Assembly (NCBI RefSeq): GCF_037042905.1
Contig: NC_087246.1
Location: forward strand, 2,482,001-2,546,000
Direction: 5' to 3'
Length of the DNA stretch: 64,000 nucleotides
Origin: Lytechinus pictus
Taxonomy: Eukaryota
Shown here piece after piece: positions 49,033 to 61,725 of the stretch. The notes under the pieces are model-generated. The model searched no databases and had not been told where the DNA came from. It was given only the letters and a program-made list of their open reading frames with translations. Numbering within the stretch: position 1 is the first letter of the stretch; the number at the start of each line of letters is the position of its first letter. The translations under genes and the position numbers were made by a program.

Positions 49033-49740
49033 AAAAGAAGAGGGAATCACTGCAAAGTCACGAAATAACAAATATTGTCGATCTAGGGCATGCAAATTAA
49101 TATATCCATCGCCCCATTCGAACAAGATGCACGCTTGCGACGTCATGCCAGACATTACAGTCATTGCCATGGACACAACAAGTCATGGTATCAATCAATA
49201 ATAAAATTGATAATACAACGAGCGATATTCATTGTCAGAATAATTGGCCTCCATTGCCAACGGACATGGCAGCTTCAAATATGGGCGCTCGAAATAAAAT
49301 TGTTCAAGGAAGCAACTTTTAATGAAAACTGAATTATTTATAATTAAGCCGTAGCCGCAATACCAGAGATAGTTCTCTATTCAGTCAACACAGATCGTGC
49401 ATGACCATTAATGAAACATTAATATGTATAACAGGCGCTGATATCAGAGTGTATCCATACATTGCAGTGGGATGGAGGTATATCGTCTTCAAGTGACACT
49501 AAATGTCGACCGACCATTCTATGATACCACACTCGAGTGTTGAATGTCACAAGGAAAAAAGATCCAGATGAAGGAGTTAAAACAATCGTAACAATTATAG
49601 TATATCAAATGGAAATATTGGATTCATAAGGTAAACTAACTCCCATCCATCTCCCTGGAAGATGAACACCGCACTGCTGTAAACAGGTAGGCGAACAACA
49701 CCGTGACAATTAATTCTGATTAATAGAATAAATCGACATC

Positions 49741-50766
49741 ATGAGAAAGACACTGCAGAAATGGTTCATGCTTCTGGCAACCGTTTTTACCATTGGTATA
49801 TGCATCTCCCAGCTAGGCATATCGCATGTCCACATTGCAACAGAAAGATTGATAAGGACCAACAGAACAGAAGATGATCATAATTCACTTGCAAATTTTG
49901 AACCCGCCAAACCGTCCACTACGAGACCAATGCTCGGCTGGATGACAAATGTCAAATGGAAACCTGGAACTAAGTTGGATATCTACGACTTTCTGATTAA
50001 TCCTGTAGATACGTGCAAGGCCGAAACGGTTAATATTACGTTACTTGTCTTGATCAAATCAGCACCAGGTAATGGACAACGGAGGGATGCTGCAAGACGA
50101 ACATACATCAGAGGGGCATCAGATATGAATGTATCAGCAAGAATGGTGTTTGTTGTCGGACACTCCGAGTCAGAGGATGAAAGAGAAAACCTTCAAAAAG
50201 AGGCTCAAGTATATGGGGATATCCTTGGAGTAAGCTTCCTTGATCATTATTACAACCTCACTATCAAATTAATTATGGGATTCAGATGGGCGGCTAGGTT
50301 TTGCAGTAATAGTGATTTTATACTCACGATGGATGATGATGTAATGGTTGATATCGTGACCCTGGTCAATGACCTCGATGCTTTACCTAAGATGAATCGT
50401 TCTAAATTCGCTTTGGGGAGAAGGGCAGAGAGCTATTCACCACATCGTAATAGTAAAAGTAAATGGTACATACCAGAAGAACTCTACCCAAACGAGTTCT
50501 ACCCTCCCTTCCCATTTGGAAATGGATACATCCTGTCGCATGATGTTGTCGAAAAACTTTGCTTGATGTCCAAAGAATTACCAGCAAGAATACCATTTGA
50601 CGATGTTTATTGTGGTATATTGTTGGACAAGTTGGGAATCACAATCTTAAATCGTAAAGACTGGTTTAGAAATCGCCACCCCCAAAAGCCATATCGCGAC
50701 TACTTTAAAATTGAGTTGACTGGTAAACAAATGGATTCTGCTTGGATGATGTTTAAGAGACCTTGA
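49741..50766 (+). CDS. Beta-1,3-galactosyltransferase-like (CAZy GT31, Galactosyl_T), type II Golgi membrane protein, 341 aa, single coding exon
   Basis: N-terminal TM anchor; LLVLIKS..RR.A.R.T, E...YGDIL..F.D.Y.NLTIK, DxD motif MDDDV, R..SKWY, YPPFPFGNGY, DDVYCG. Confidence 0.95.
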   Translation: MRKTLQKWFMLLATVFTIGICISQLGISHVHIATERLIRTNRTEDDHNSLANFEPAKPSTTRPMLGWMTNVKWKPGTKLDIYDFLINPVDTCKAETVNITLLVLIKSAPGNGQRRDAARRTYIRGASDMNVSARMVFVVGHSESEDERENLQKEAQVYGDILGVSFLDHYYNLTIKLIMGFRWAARFCSNSDFILTMDDDVMVDIVTLVNDLDALPKMNRSKFALGRRAESYSPHRNSKSKWYIPEELYPNEFYPPFPFGNGYILSHDVVEKLCLMSKELPARIPFDDVYCGILLDKLGITILNRKDWFRNRHPQKPYRDYFKIELTGKQMDSAWMMFKRP

Positions 50767-53710
50767 ACGGAAAAGAAACTACAAGCTAGGAAAAAGGAAA
50801 AAGTCACAATTTGAACCTTTAATGGTGCAAACAAAAATGCAACAATTGGAGCATTCTTTTTTTGGGAGGGATAAACATATTCTTATCGAGTTCAACCAGT
50901 AGGCAATAAGAATTTGGAAATACACGTCCAACAATATGACGTCACAAATTAAAAACTTCAAAAGTCATAACTCATTTTTTTCTGATGGACGCATTGATTG
51001 ACGCAAATAATAAATAATGATGATCGCTTGGGAGATCAGATGTTTTTTTCTCTTTCTATTTGTTATTAATATAAAGCAAGATCCATGAAGCCCATTCTGT
51101 GCGTCTATCCTACCCACTTGTTGTCCTCTTTTTTTAATTAAAACATATAGGCTGTTTCCACACATTTTGTTGTTTTTAGCTAATATAGAAAGGCAATCCT
51201 ATGCGTAGCATCCGTTATTCCGCTCTCAATAATTTGTTCCGCATGACGTGGCAACGAAATTGCTACATTGATTTATTTTTTTTCTCATGAGCAGTGCTTT
51301 TATAGGGGTAGATGGACGCATTGGATTATTAAATTTACAGCCTATTTTACATTTTTCTGAGAAAACAAAATATTCTGCATTTTAGCTGTAGCTGTAAAAT
51401 GAGTTGTATTAGACGGAATGGTATCAGATATTAGGCTCGATACACGATTTCAAACATGTGATATTGTAATAAAAGATTTTGCCATTTTTACGATATTTAA
51501 TTTTGTTATGTCACCTTTTCTTAAATGAAATACATATATATTCGCCAGTGCTTCGGTATATTTTGTTCCGCATGACATGACAACGGAATGGCTGTATCAA
51601 TTATTTTATTTCTTTTCGATTGAGACTAGCTTTTTTTTTTACATTAGCCTTGGTCAGACCTGGGATCCTAGTCGGGATAAAAAAAATATGCATATATTAC
51701 ACTTCCAAAAATATATTTAATATTTAAACCAAGACAAAGACAGAGTTACTCTGACCTTCTTCCAATTGAGGTTCTCCTTCTGGCTTCCTGGTGTATCTTT
51801 GTAGGAGTAACTCTGTCCAGAGGGGCATTACTTTCCTCCAACTGGGCTTCCTCTGACCCCTGCTCCAGCCAAAACAGCCTTTAATGATTTTCTACATGAC
51901 CCCAACACAAATTCAATTTATTTTACCCGTACAAATGAAGCAGAAATTGCGAACATAATTCATAACTCTTAAAATAAACAGCAGTTGATAAGGCAGATAT
52001 TTCGAACTAATCAACATATTCTATTGTTGTTATGATTACTACCTATTTCTCTCTTAGGTATATTACTTTGGTCTCATATTTGTATCGTTTTATAAGCTAG
52101 GTATTTCCATTATTTATCTACACAAATGTTCTTTTATAAATAAAACACATGTAAATAATTAAGATGCATTTGATTGTTTTGATTGTACTCTAATCATCGT
52201 ATAAGAAGAGAAAATGTCACGGCTAAATATGAAATAAAGTGCCATTGTTCGTAGAAAATGCTGTTCGTTATATAAGATTATGGACAAATAAAATATAGCA
52301 TAACAATTTTTATTGATAAAGATATTTTAATTGAATTGTTCTAATTTACCAAATGCTTTTGAATATTGGATTACGTTACTGCATTCGTATTTTTGAGATT
52401 ATTTACATATTTTGAATCATTTGTAATGCATTTGTAAAAAAAAAAAGAATTTTATGACATTTGGAGATAGGCATTTTGCTTGTATATAAGGTAAAAAGAG
52501 GTAAACTCCGGGAAATTCCTAACACGATATATTATTCTTTGGTGGATTTTCAAAAAACTTGAATATTTCTCTCACGTGCTTGCTTTAAAAAATATCTAAG
52601 TGGACACTACTTTAAATGCATCCCAAAATATATACAGTAGACCTCAGTGCTATCCACATTAGCTTCCCAATGTCACATCATTGTGCGTTTATTTTAACGT
52701 GTTGTTTTGTTCCTACTGCGTCTCGTGTATCTATTCTTCAATATCATTGATATTTGATAAAGTAATATTTCTGTTTTGGGACCCGACTCGATCACACGTC
52801 CCTTTATAAACCAGTTCACAGTTACCTCAATAACAAGTTTGTACAAATTACTTTTCCTTTCTTTCATTAGGTTAGGCAAATTTCAAAGAAAGGTTTAATC
52901 AATGCTGAATATATGAATAATCAATTAAAACATCAAATGTTGTGCTTTAATTTCTCACTGAATATTAAATAACCATGCCATTTGATTTCAAATTACTCTT
53001 TTTCACAAAATACAATATTTCAATATGAATTATACAAAATCGTTTTTCATAAAAAATAAATATATAGCATAGTTGCCAATTCTACCGCTTTTGGCGGTAG
53101 TCTACAGCTTTTTACCCACTTTTAAGCCTACCGATTTTGTCATTTCCATAGAAACTACCGCTTTTTAAAAGAAGATTTTGATAAGAATATCTCCAATATT
53201 ATCAAAATGGACGGTTTGATGTTAAAAAAATCTACCTTATCATGCCGTCAATACCTTTAAAATGCAAATTTCATTCTACATAGTTGACTATTTTCCCTCG
53301 GTCGGTCGCACCAACTCTCTTGCACGGACCCACTGCATGCCGGCTGTATGCACTGCATTACCGGAGCAGTGTTAGATGTGCATGCAATGTTCGACATGCA
53401 GCCACCTCTAAGAAATGAAGATACCTATTTAAAATTTAGATTTTTAATTAAGAAAAAAAAATGCCCCAAATAAAAAAAAACATAAAAGTATTTCATCGAA
53501 ACTTAAGTCTATTTTCAGTAAATATCTCATGGCATCAATAAAAGAAAAGAGGGATAAGCATGCAGGAGAGAAAGAGAAAGAGATAAAAAAATAAGTGTGT
53601 GAGAGAGAGAGAATGGCAAAGGAAGAGTGATGTGAAGAAAATAGACGAAAAGTTATTATCGTTAATCATGATTCAATATTACATAGAAATATGAATACCT
53701 TATAAAACAC

Positions 53711-53960
53711 AATTGGTTCCGGAATCCAAAGTCACAAAATGGCAAAACAAAGACCATTGAAAATGAGATTAGATTAAACCAAATGGTCATGCTTATGCTT
53801 CTTCGACCTCAATATGTGTTTTGAAAATTTTAACTTTCTGTATAGCTTTTTAGTTATTAAGGCAATCAATTAAACCGATGGTCAAACTGTGAACTTCAAT
53901 AATCCCATTTTCATTGGTCTACCTTTCGTCATTTTGTGACTTTGGATTCCGGAACCAATT
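53711..53960. mobile_element. Small MITE with ~31-bp perfect TIRs
   Basis: AATTGGTTCCGGAATCCAAAGTCACAAAATG ... CATTTTGTGACTTTGGATTCCGGAACCAATT. Confidence 0.75.
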
Positions 53961-54329
53961 AATTTGAGGGGCTACAGCCTTTTTTTTTATTAAATCAATC
54001 TCATAATTATTGATATGTGCTAATTAGTAAAGATTATTGAAGCTAGCCTGTGTCAACATTTTGTTCATTTTGACTGAATGGAATTTGTTTAGTGCGCTTG
54101 TGAAGTTTGATAAGTTTCTTTTGGAACCCAGTTATATTATATACATTCAACATAGACAATGGGAATATGAAGAAACGGACAAAAACAAAATATCGTCAGT
54201 CATGATTTAGTATTACATAGAAACATGAATGTGAGTGAACGACATACATTAAAAATATATTGGCTATGAATCTCAAGGGGGAGGGGGCACGGGCCGGATG
54301 TGCCCCCCTGGATTCCCCACTGCCCTATA

Positions 54330-55808
54330 CAATATTCTAACAACATATATTTAATGTTTTTTCACATAATGTATAACATTGGAAAATCGATTTTAGTAAA
54401 ATGTATTTTTCTGAATAATGTTACAATTTATATCATAAAAAACGTATTAAACAATATTTTTCTCCTTTTTTAGTGAAATTACAAGAACGTTTAATGTTAT
54501 TGCTATAACAACCTTTAAAAATATTTTTAGATCCCATGTGTAACTTTATAAAGATAATGGTAAAGTTTAAAAAAAATTAAAATTGTATTATAAAGACACT
54601 AAAATAAGGATGTTTATAATACATTTTGAAATATTTTTGGCAAATATTTGAAAAGGTTTTTTGTAATACTATTATAAAAACATATTTCATGTTTCTATAA
54701 CTGTTGATGTTATTGTTATAATATTGTAACAACATTTTGAAAATGTTAGTTTTTATCAAATGTTTACCCTTATAAAAATGTTAGTAAAATATAATAAGTT
54801 TCTGAAAGAATGTAAAAATCATATTATAAAAACATCGGAAAATACGTTTAAAATACATTTCAGTGACGTACGTTTTGAAAACTAATAGGAAAACATTTTT
54901 CAAAAAACGTTTAGTTAACATATCAGTAGTATTTAAACATAGTTTCATAACATTTTAAGAACGTTTGATGTAATTTTCAGAATATTTTAACAGCGTTTTA
55001 GAATATTATGTTCACATCCAATTTGTAATATTGTAAAGATGTTAGTAAAATGTTATTTTGTTTCTCAAAAAATGTTGACATTACATCACAAAAACATGAA
55101 AATAAGGATGTTTCTAATATGTTTTTGATTTTTTTTGTGAAAACAATTTTTCAAAAATGTTTTGTTAAAATATTGTAAAACCATAGTTTCAATTCATTTC
55201 AAGAACGTTTATTATTACTGTCATAATATTCTAACGTTTTTAATGCTATTTTTACATCCAAGCTATAACATTATAAAGTAAAATTTTAGTGCTTCTCTTA
55301 AAATGTTATAATGATATCATAAAAACGTTAAAATTAATATATTTCTAATACATTTTAGAAACTTTTTCTAGAGAACATCAGAAAAACATTTTTCAAAAAT
55401 GTTTTGTTGAAATATTTTGAAAACATATTTTCATAACTTTTTATAACATTAGATTTTATTCTTCTGAATGTTTTTAAGATGTCATTTTTACATTAATTAT
55501 AAACATTACAAAAACGTTATAATTTTTTTTTTTCTTAAGAATTTTTTTTCATGTCATTTTAATATCGAAATTTGACATTTTGATAAGATGTTTTAATAAC
55601 ATTTTTGAAAAATGTCTTTTAAATGTTTTCTAGTAAGGCCATCAAAACATCATAGGCCTATGATTGATATCATAATAACGTTTATTTAATTTTTAACATG
55701 AGGGGAATAATGTTTCATAAATGTTATGCAAATGTTTGTAAGAAATGTTTTTCGAAAGCATTTCTAAGATCTTTCAAAAATGTTATTATAACGTTATGTG
55801 TTAGCTGA
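54330..55808. repeat. AT-rich degenerate tandem array (AAAACATTTT/AAAATGTTTT units), probably a decayed DNA transposon
   Basis: Recurring aaaacatttttcaaaaatgttttgtt; ends ...aacgttatgtgttagctg. Confidence 0.5.
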
Positions 55809-56608
55809 TTGTGATTAATTTTCTTCCATCTGAATATAAAAATAACAGAAATTTTGAAAAGTCCCATGTGAATATTCGTAGTCATGGTAGTATTTGTGTC
55901 AATTTGACCAAGGGAAAGAGGCGTAAATGAATTGTAAATGAATTGTAAATGAATTGTGGTAGACTCCCTATATAATAAAAACAAAAATACAAGATAAAAG
56001 TCTTTCTTCGCAACATAATTCCTAAGAAATTTGTTATCCAATACTGTGTTGGTATATAGGCCTGTGTTTGAAATCAATAGAGAAGGGCGATCAGGACAAG
56101 CCAGAATAAAATACTAGTATCACACAAGCCGGCGGGGATCGCGATTCAAGCTCGTTAATTTTGGGGATTACCCCCATATTTTCCCCCTCTGTGAAAACGA
56201 CCCCCCCCCCCCCCCCCGGCCCCCGAAATTTCATTTCCATTTTGTGTAAGTGATATCACCGTACCTTGGCTGCACTGCACTGGCGACGATAGTCAAATAT
56301 AACTAATCGCCACTCAAACCAACATAAGAAGATGAAGAAGGTACCCCAAACAGAGTTTCAGACGTCGACTTTTTCTTCACAAAGATTTTGTAATGTAAGT
56401 AAGTCAGTAAGTAGGCCTATCGTACTCGATCCTTTAACAAATCAGAAAAATTCTTAAAAGCGTACTTTATCAATATCAAGTCAACATTATCGCATGGAGG
56501 GAGGAGATTGGAGGTACGGTACGGTACCGGTACGGTACCTCCATTCGCCCCACCCACACACGTATTGCGAGGTTAGTATTAGTATACTATTAGTATCGCC
56601 CCAGCGCC

Positions 56609-57540
56609 TAGCCTCTTGTCGAGGCCCTGTCAGCTGCTTTCCGAGCGAACATGGCAAAGCACGGGAGAGAGCGAAGCAGAGCGCCGCGAGACAGGGCCTC
56701 TGGACATCTGACCCGAATTTCACCGACTTTCTTTTGTTTTTTATTGTTTTTACCAATTCACCGACCAAAAACTGGTCGGTGAAAATCATCCAATGAGAGC
56801 GCGAGCTGCTATGACGTCATATTAAATATTCATGAGCTCATCTTGAATGGCGACCCTTGGATTCTTGGCGAAGAGTGACGACGAAATATCAAAGAGCACT
56901 GAATATGCCTCTAAAACGCTGAATATTGACCGATTTAAGGATTTGCAAGTCGATGAAATTAACTCTGCACTGAAAGGACGAGATGTCTTTGTAAATCTAC
57001 CCACAGGATATGGAAAAAATGTAATATTTCATGCGATTCCACCGGTCGATCCGGGGCGTCGATTATCGATCTCCGCTGTGCAGTGCAGTGAGGGAAGCTG
57101 GGGTGGAGTTGCTGGGAGTTGACTCGAGTCTGACCAGCGGCTGAGCAGTATCTCCCGGGAAGTTTCGGGGCGGTGATGGGTCTGTTACGGCCAGTAGTAA
57201 TAGTAGTAGTAGTAGTATAGTACCACTACTTGTAGCATTTTGCTGGTTATATCCCCTTTAGTGTCCCGCAATTCAATGAATCCCCTGCAGAATAGTGGAC
57301 TACTATATAGTATTCCGAACCTTAACCCAAGACGAAACAGCTCTGACATTTCATTGGTTTACTCGGTGACCGGTAATGTCATGACTCATGTATATTCATT
57401 AGGAAGACGTTCCTCATGAATATATAATTCAGTTCAGATGTCAAGAGGCCCTGGCTCGCGCCAGGCCTAATTCGCTTCGCGAATTAGGAAAGCCCTCGCT
57501 TCGCTCGGGAAGCAGCCGCCAGGGCCTCGACAAGAGGCTA
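56609..57540 (+). mobile_element. AcademH-like internally deleted DNA transposon
   Basis: 21-bp perfect TIR TAGCCTCTTGTCGAGGCCCTG; exact 9-bp TSD CCCAGCGCC; carries a RecQ-like helicase fragment. Confidence 0.88.
56847..57122 (+). pseudogene. Truncated RecQ-like SF2 helicase N-terminus (transposon-borne)
   Basis: FKDLQVDEINSALKGRDVFVNLPTGYGK resembles RecQ motif 0 plus Walker A; similarity is lost after about residue 66. Confidence 0.8.
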
Positions 57541-57849
57541 CCCAGCGCCCGGCTTGCAATGGTTTAGTACCGGTTTAGTTAGACAGCTGGCAGCCGTCTG
57601 TTTCGAGGAGTTTTTTGAATTTTTTTATTTTTTGAATTTCTCCTCGTACACAGTGACAGACGGCTCGCTATCGTGCAGCCACCATTAGAATAGGGGGTTA
57701 ACAATGCAAATTCCCCCTGATCGGCCATTTTGTTTTCAATGTTGACAGAAGGAGAACGAACGAGACAGAACTTTTTCTTTTGTATTTCATTATATGAAGT
57801 GTGAAATATTCTAATTTTATCCTCATTGTCAAGTGAAACAACGATTAAT

Positions 57850-58175
57850 TCCTCCTTGAACATGTAGAATTAGCAATGACAATGTTTATGTTTCAGTCAA
57901 GTTGGTTTGTCAAATCTGTAAAAAATGGAATATTGTATTTGTATAATTCAAACAATAAAAAACAAAAGAAATAGTGAGTGAGAGACATTGACTGTCTCAT
58001 TTTTTGTCAGTGAGTTGTGCCTATCACTGTTTTGTGCAAAAATAAACAAAACTTCAAAATGTTACAATTTTCTTTTTACATCCGATTTTGATGAAATTTT
58101 CAGCATTGTGCTACATGTAGTTTGATTTTTCTTTATTTTTACAAATCAACGTTTTTCTGGGGTGGACTTGACCTT
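57850..58175. mobile_element. Kolobok-like MITE, partial (right end)
   Basis: Ends CTGGGGTGGACTTGACCT|TTAA; a degenerate relative lies at ~7522-7860. Confidence 0.6.
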
Positions 58176-59052
58176 TAAGAAACTAAATATGTAACATAGT
58201 ACCTAATTAAATATGTAAAAGTTTTGGGGCTTACTGGCTTATTCTTTAATAATAAGAGAATCAAATTTCAACTTTTAAATTTAAAGGATACCTAATTAAG
58301 CTAATTAGTATAATCAGTTTATGTCAATCATGAAATTAACACAACTAAAATTGTGGCTGTCTGATGTAAAGAAAATGAGAGATGAAATGTAGTTGTGGGT
58401 TAATACGATGCGTTTGTGCCCAGGAGGGCCCTGCATCGTATACATCCAGATCCAGACCTTCAATAAACTTTAGAAGCTGCAAAAATTTCAAAAGGAAAAG
58501 CACAAACTAATTAAATACGGTACTTCAGAGAGAAATCAATCTATTGTTAATTGTGACCTTGTGGTTTCAATTTTGACCTTGTGGTTTCAATTTTGACAGT
58601 GTAGACTGACAGTGATGACTTTGATGTCAGAATCTACAGATTATTCTGTTCTGGTAACAAAAAGATAGCCAAAGCCAGTACACCTTTAATGAAATTTGGA
58701 TTGCTGAAAACTTGTTTGTAGCTCTATAAAGCCCTCATCTGATGACATTTACTCTTTTTTCTTAATGTTACATCACATTGCGTCTATAAATCAGTAGATA
58801 ACACGTTACAATGTGACAACACTTTATATTTGGCTGGCACAAAGGTGTTCAGAGAATATTTCTCCCAATTATCAAAAAATTACTTGAGAATGACACAGGT
58901 ACAAAGATTCCACTAAAACGGAGGCAATTGTACCCATAGAATGTGTTTTGTATTGGCATTGACATTCAACTCATTACCAAGAGACCATTTCCTGCAGAAT
59001 GTCGAGCAAGAGATTTGAAATATACACAACAAAAAAACTAAGACCCCCTTAA

Positions 59053-61725
59053 CTCTTACTGTGCCAATACGAATACCCCTTGACTGCCAGGGGTATTCGA
59101 TGGAATCCTAAATTGACCGAAACGTGAGCAGCGACTGATTTTAAAACGGTCATATTTTTTTACCCGTACGTTGTATAATAAAACCTTCTACACATGAAAT
59201 GATGCATGGTTCATGGGCTTTATAATCGTGTTATTATCTTTCATATTCGCGTTTGGAAAAATTGAGAAAAATATGTAATATTTTACATGGTTTTTTTTTC
59301 AATAAGTAAAACCTAGAAAATAATGATTTCATGAACATTTCAAAGAGTAAATAGCCTGAGGAATTGTAGAGATACCAAGAAATTACGAAGATAAAATGAA
59401 AGTTCAATGTTTAACCTTTCAAATGACGTATCTATTTATGAAATTGAACAAACAGAAATAACGAAAAAGTATGCTCTTTTGAATGAAATACTATTTTGCT
59501 ATTCAAGTTATTTCCTCTGAAGTACGAGAGAGTATGTATAAAGGCATTGTCTTCGATCAAGTGACCAATCACAGCACAGCTGCGATCCCCACGCAAACAC
59601 ACACAATAATATATTAGTGCCATGTATCTTCAAAGTGCGGCCAACCATACCCTTTCATTCGTGTAGTCTTCAAAATAAGACTCTGTAATTTTTTTTATTC
59701 GTAGTGTAAAAAACAAAGTTATTGCCAGTCAGAAGGAGACAAAGTATAAAAGAACTAAAGATGATATATTGAAATATAGATAAAGAGGGGTCGGACAGAT
59801 TCAATACTTACAAGTTTGGGGTATAAAATCCCACAAAATAATATGGGCGTTCTTGGCAAAGTGCACAGAAGTAAGAAAAAAAAAATTAAATTTTTTTGTG
59901 AATCAAAGAAGAGGGAATGCAGATCAGTTACAAACAAACAAATCAATACAAATTTTCAAAAATAAAATAGGCCTATTTGTTCTGTATTACTGGTCTAACC
60001 AAAGTAGCCACCTGTTAACATTCTACGTGAGTACATTCTTTTGTTCATGCCACCAAGTCATGAACAATAGATGCCCAGGCTCTCTTTCATGAGGAATCTC
60101 TAATCCGCCCTCCCTCCTGACCTATTATCTAAAAGAAGAGTAATTTAGCACAGGATGTTCATAGAAATCGGGGCTCACGCGTGTCTTTTGATTTGACTTT
60201 TGAATACTTTCAAAGGTTCCGGTATTGATTTCTTATGGGTGACCCAGGTAAAGAGAAAACAATTTGCCCCCTACAGAAAAATCCTGCATCCGCCCAGGGC
60301 CTCCCCAGCTCGTAGCACTATCCATGGTAAATATTCAACCCGTTATCATCATTATCATTTCCATTTCTACTCTCTAAAGTCGATTTAAAATCCCCTTGAT
60401 AGTGACGTCAATGATGCAGCAACTAACAGGTCGGTCTAATCGGTTTTGTTAATGTATCCCTTTCTTTCTTTTCCTAAAAACATCTGATATCACTTTATAA
60501 ACTCCGTTTACTTTTTCTCTGACCAATGGTTTGATTTAGCAAAGGAAAAACATCCACCTTGAAAAAAAAAAATCTTGAGACGAATAAAGCGGTATTATCG
60601 GCCGTTTTAATTATTACATTTATTTTTCTGCTTCTTCCTATTTAATTCGAGGAAAATATTGAACGATTCATCTTTTTTTGAGAAGTTTGAATATGATATT
60701 GATAAGCATAACAATCATTTTTTTTATGATTTGGGCTATAAAAACACAAACGAATATGAACCGTTATTTACCTGATCTTAAGTTTATGAAGAGAGAGTTT
60801 GGCTGCAGAAGGAATGCAATTGATATGATTACAACAATTATTTTTGAATAATAATCATGATGATGATGATGATAATTCTGATGGCAATAACATTAATAAT
60901 AATAAAAAGAAGGTGAAGGAGAAGAATAATGATAATAATAACAATACAAATAATGATAATAATGATTATGATAATAGTAATACTAATAATGATAATAATG
61001 ATAACAATAATAAATGAATAAATAAATAATGAGTGTGATTATTGCAGTGCGCAGACGAGAGTTGGAAATGACAGCCTTCTTTACTCATATATTTATAACG
61101 AGAAAATTTTTGTGAGAATGCTAAAAACAAAGTATAAGACCTTTCCCCCGCCCCCTCCCCCACCCCCCCCCCAAAAAAAAAACTCCCAAACCGTGCACAT
61201 TTGCAGGCAGAAAAAGCCTTGACACAAGAATACTACCATACGGGCCTGCAAAACACCCGATCGATAGCTCATGAATATTCATGTAACAATAGCGAATGGG
61301 CGAGTAGTGTTGGGTGAGGAATATCGTACCGCTCTGTCATTGGTCAATTCCGAACTGAATGCCTTCGCACATTCGCCTTTGCTCTGCCCATAGAAGTATG
61401 TGTATTGCTACACACAACCGTTATATCACACGTGTCTATAGGGGAAATCTTGATTCAGATCGCGGCAATATCCGAAATCAACTCTTCAAAATAATGATGC
61501 AAAAATACAATTTTACTCAAAAAATGTCTATGTAAACCACTATTTTTTATATGATAAAATGAATTGTGAATTAATTGCCAGTATAACAACATTAAAAACA
61601 CAGAATATGGTGTTGATTTTCTGGCTGTAAAATTGGTTAAACAAAAAAAAATATTTGGGCACGTATACGTGCCAATGGCACTAGAGGGCTAAGGGCACGC
61701 ATAGCTGCCAATGGCTCTTAAAGAG
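59053..61725. mobile_element. piggyBac-like non-autonomous element
   Basis: TTAA|CTCTTACTGTGCCA ... TGGCTCTTAAAGAG|TTAA; imperfect TIR; internal (AAT)n at ~60850-61030. Confidence 0.5.

Noticed and set aside
56847..57122. Host RecQ/WRN/BLM gene exon
   Set aside because: Enclosed by perfect TIRs and a 9-bp TSD, truncated after Walker A, and no further helicase exons found
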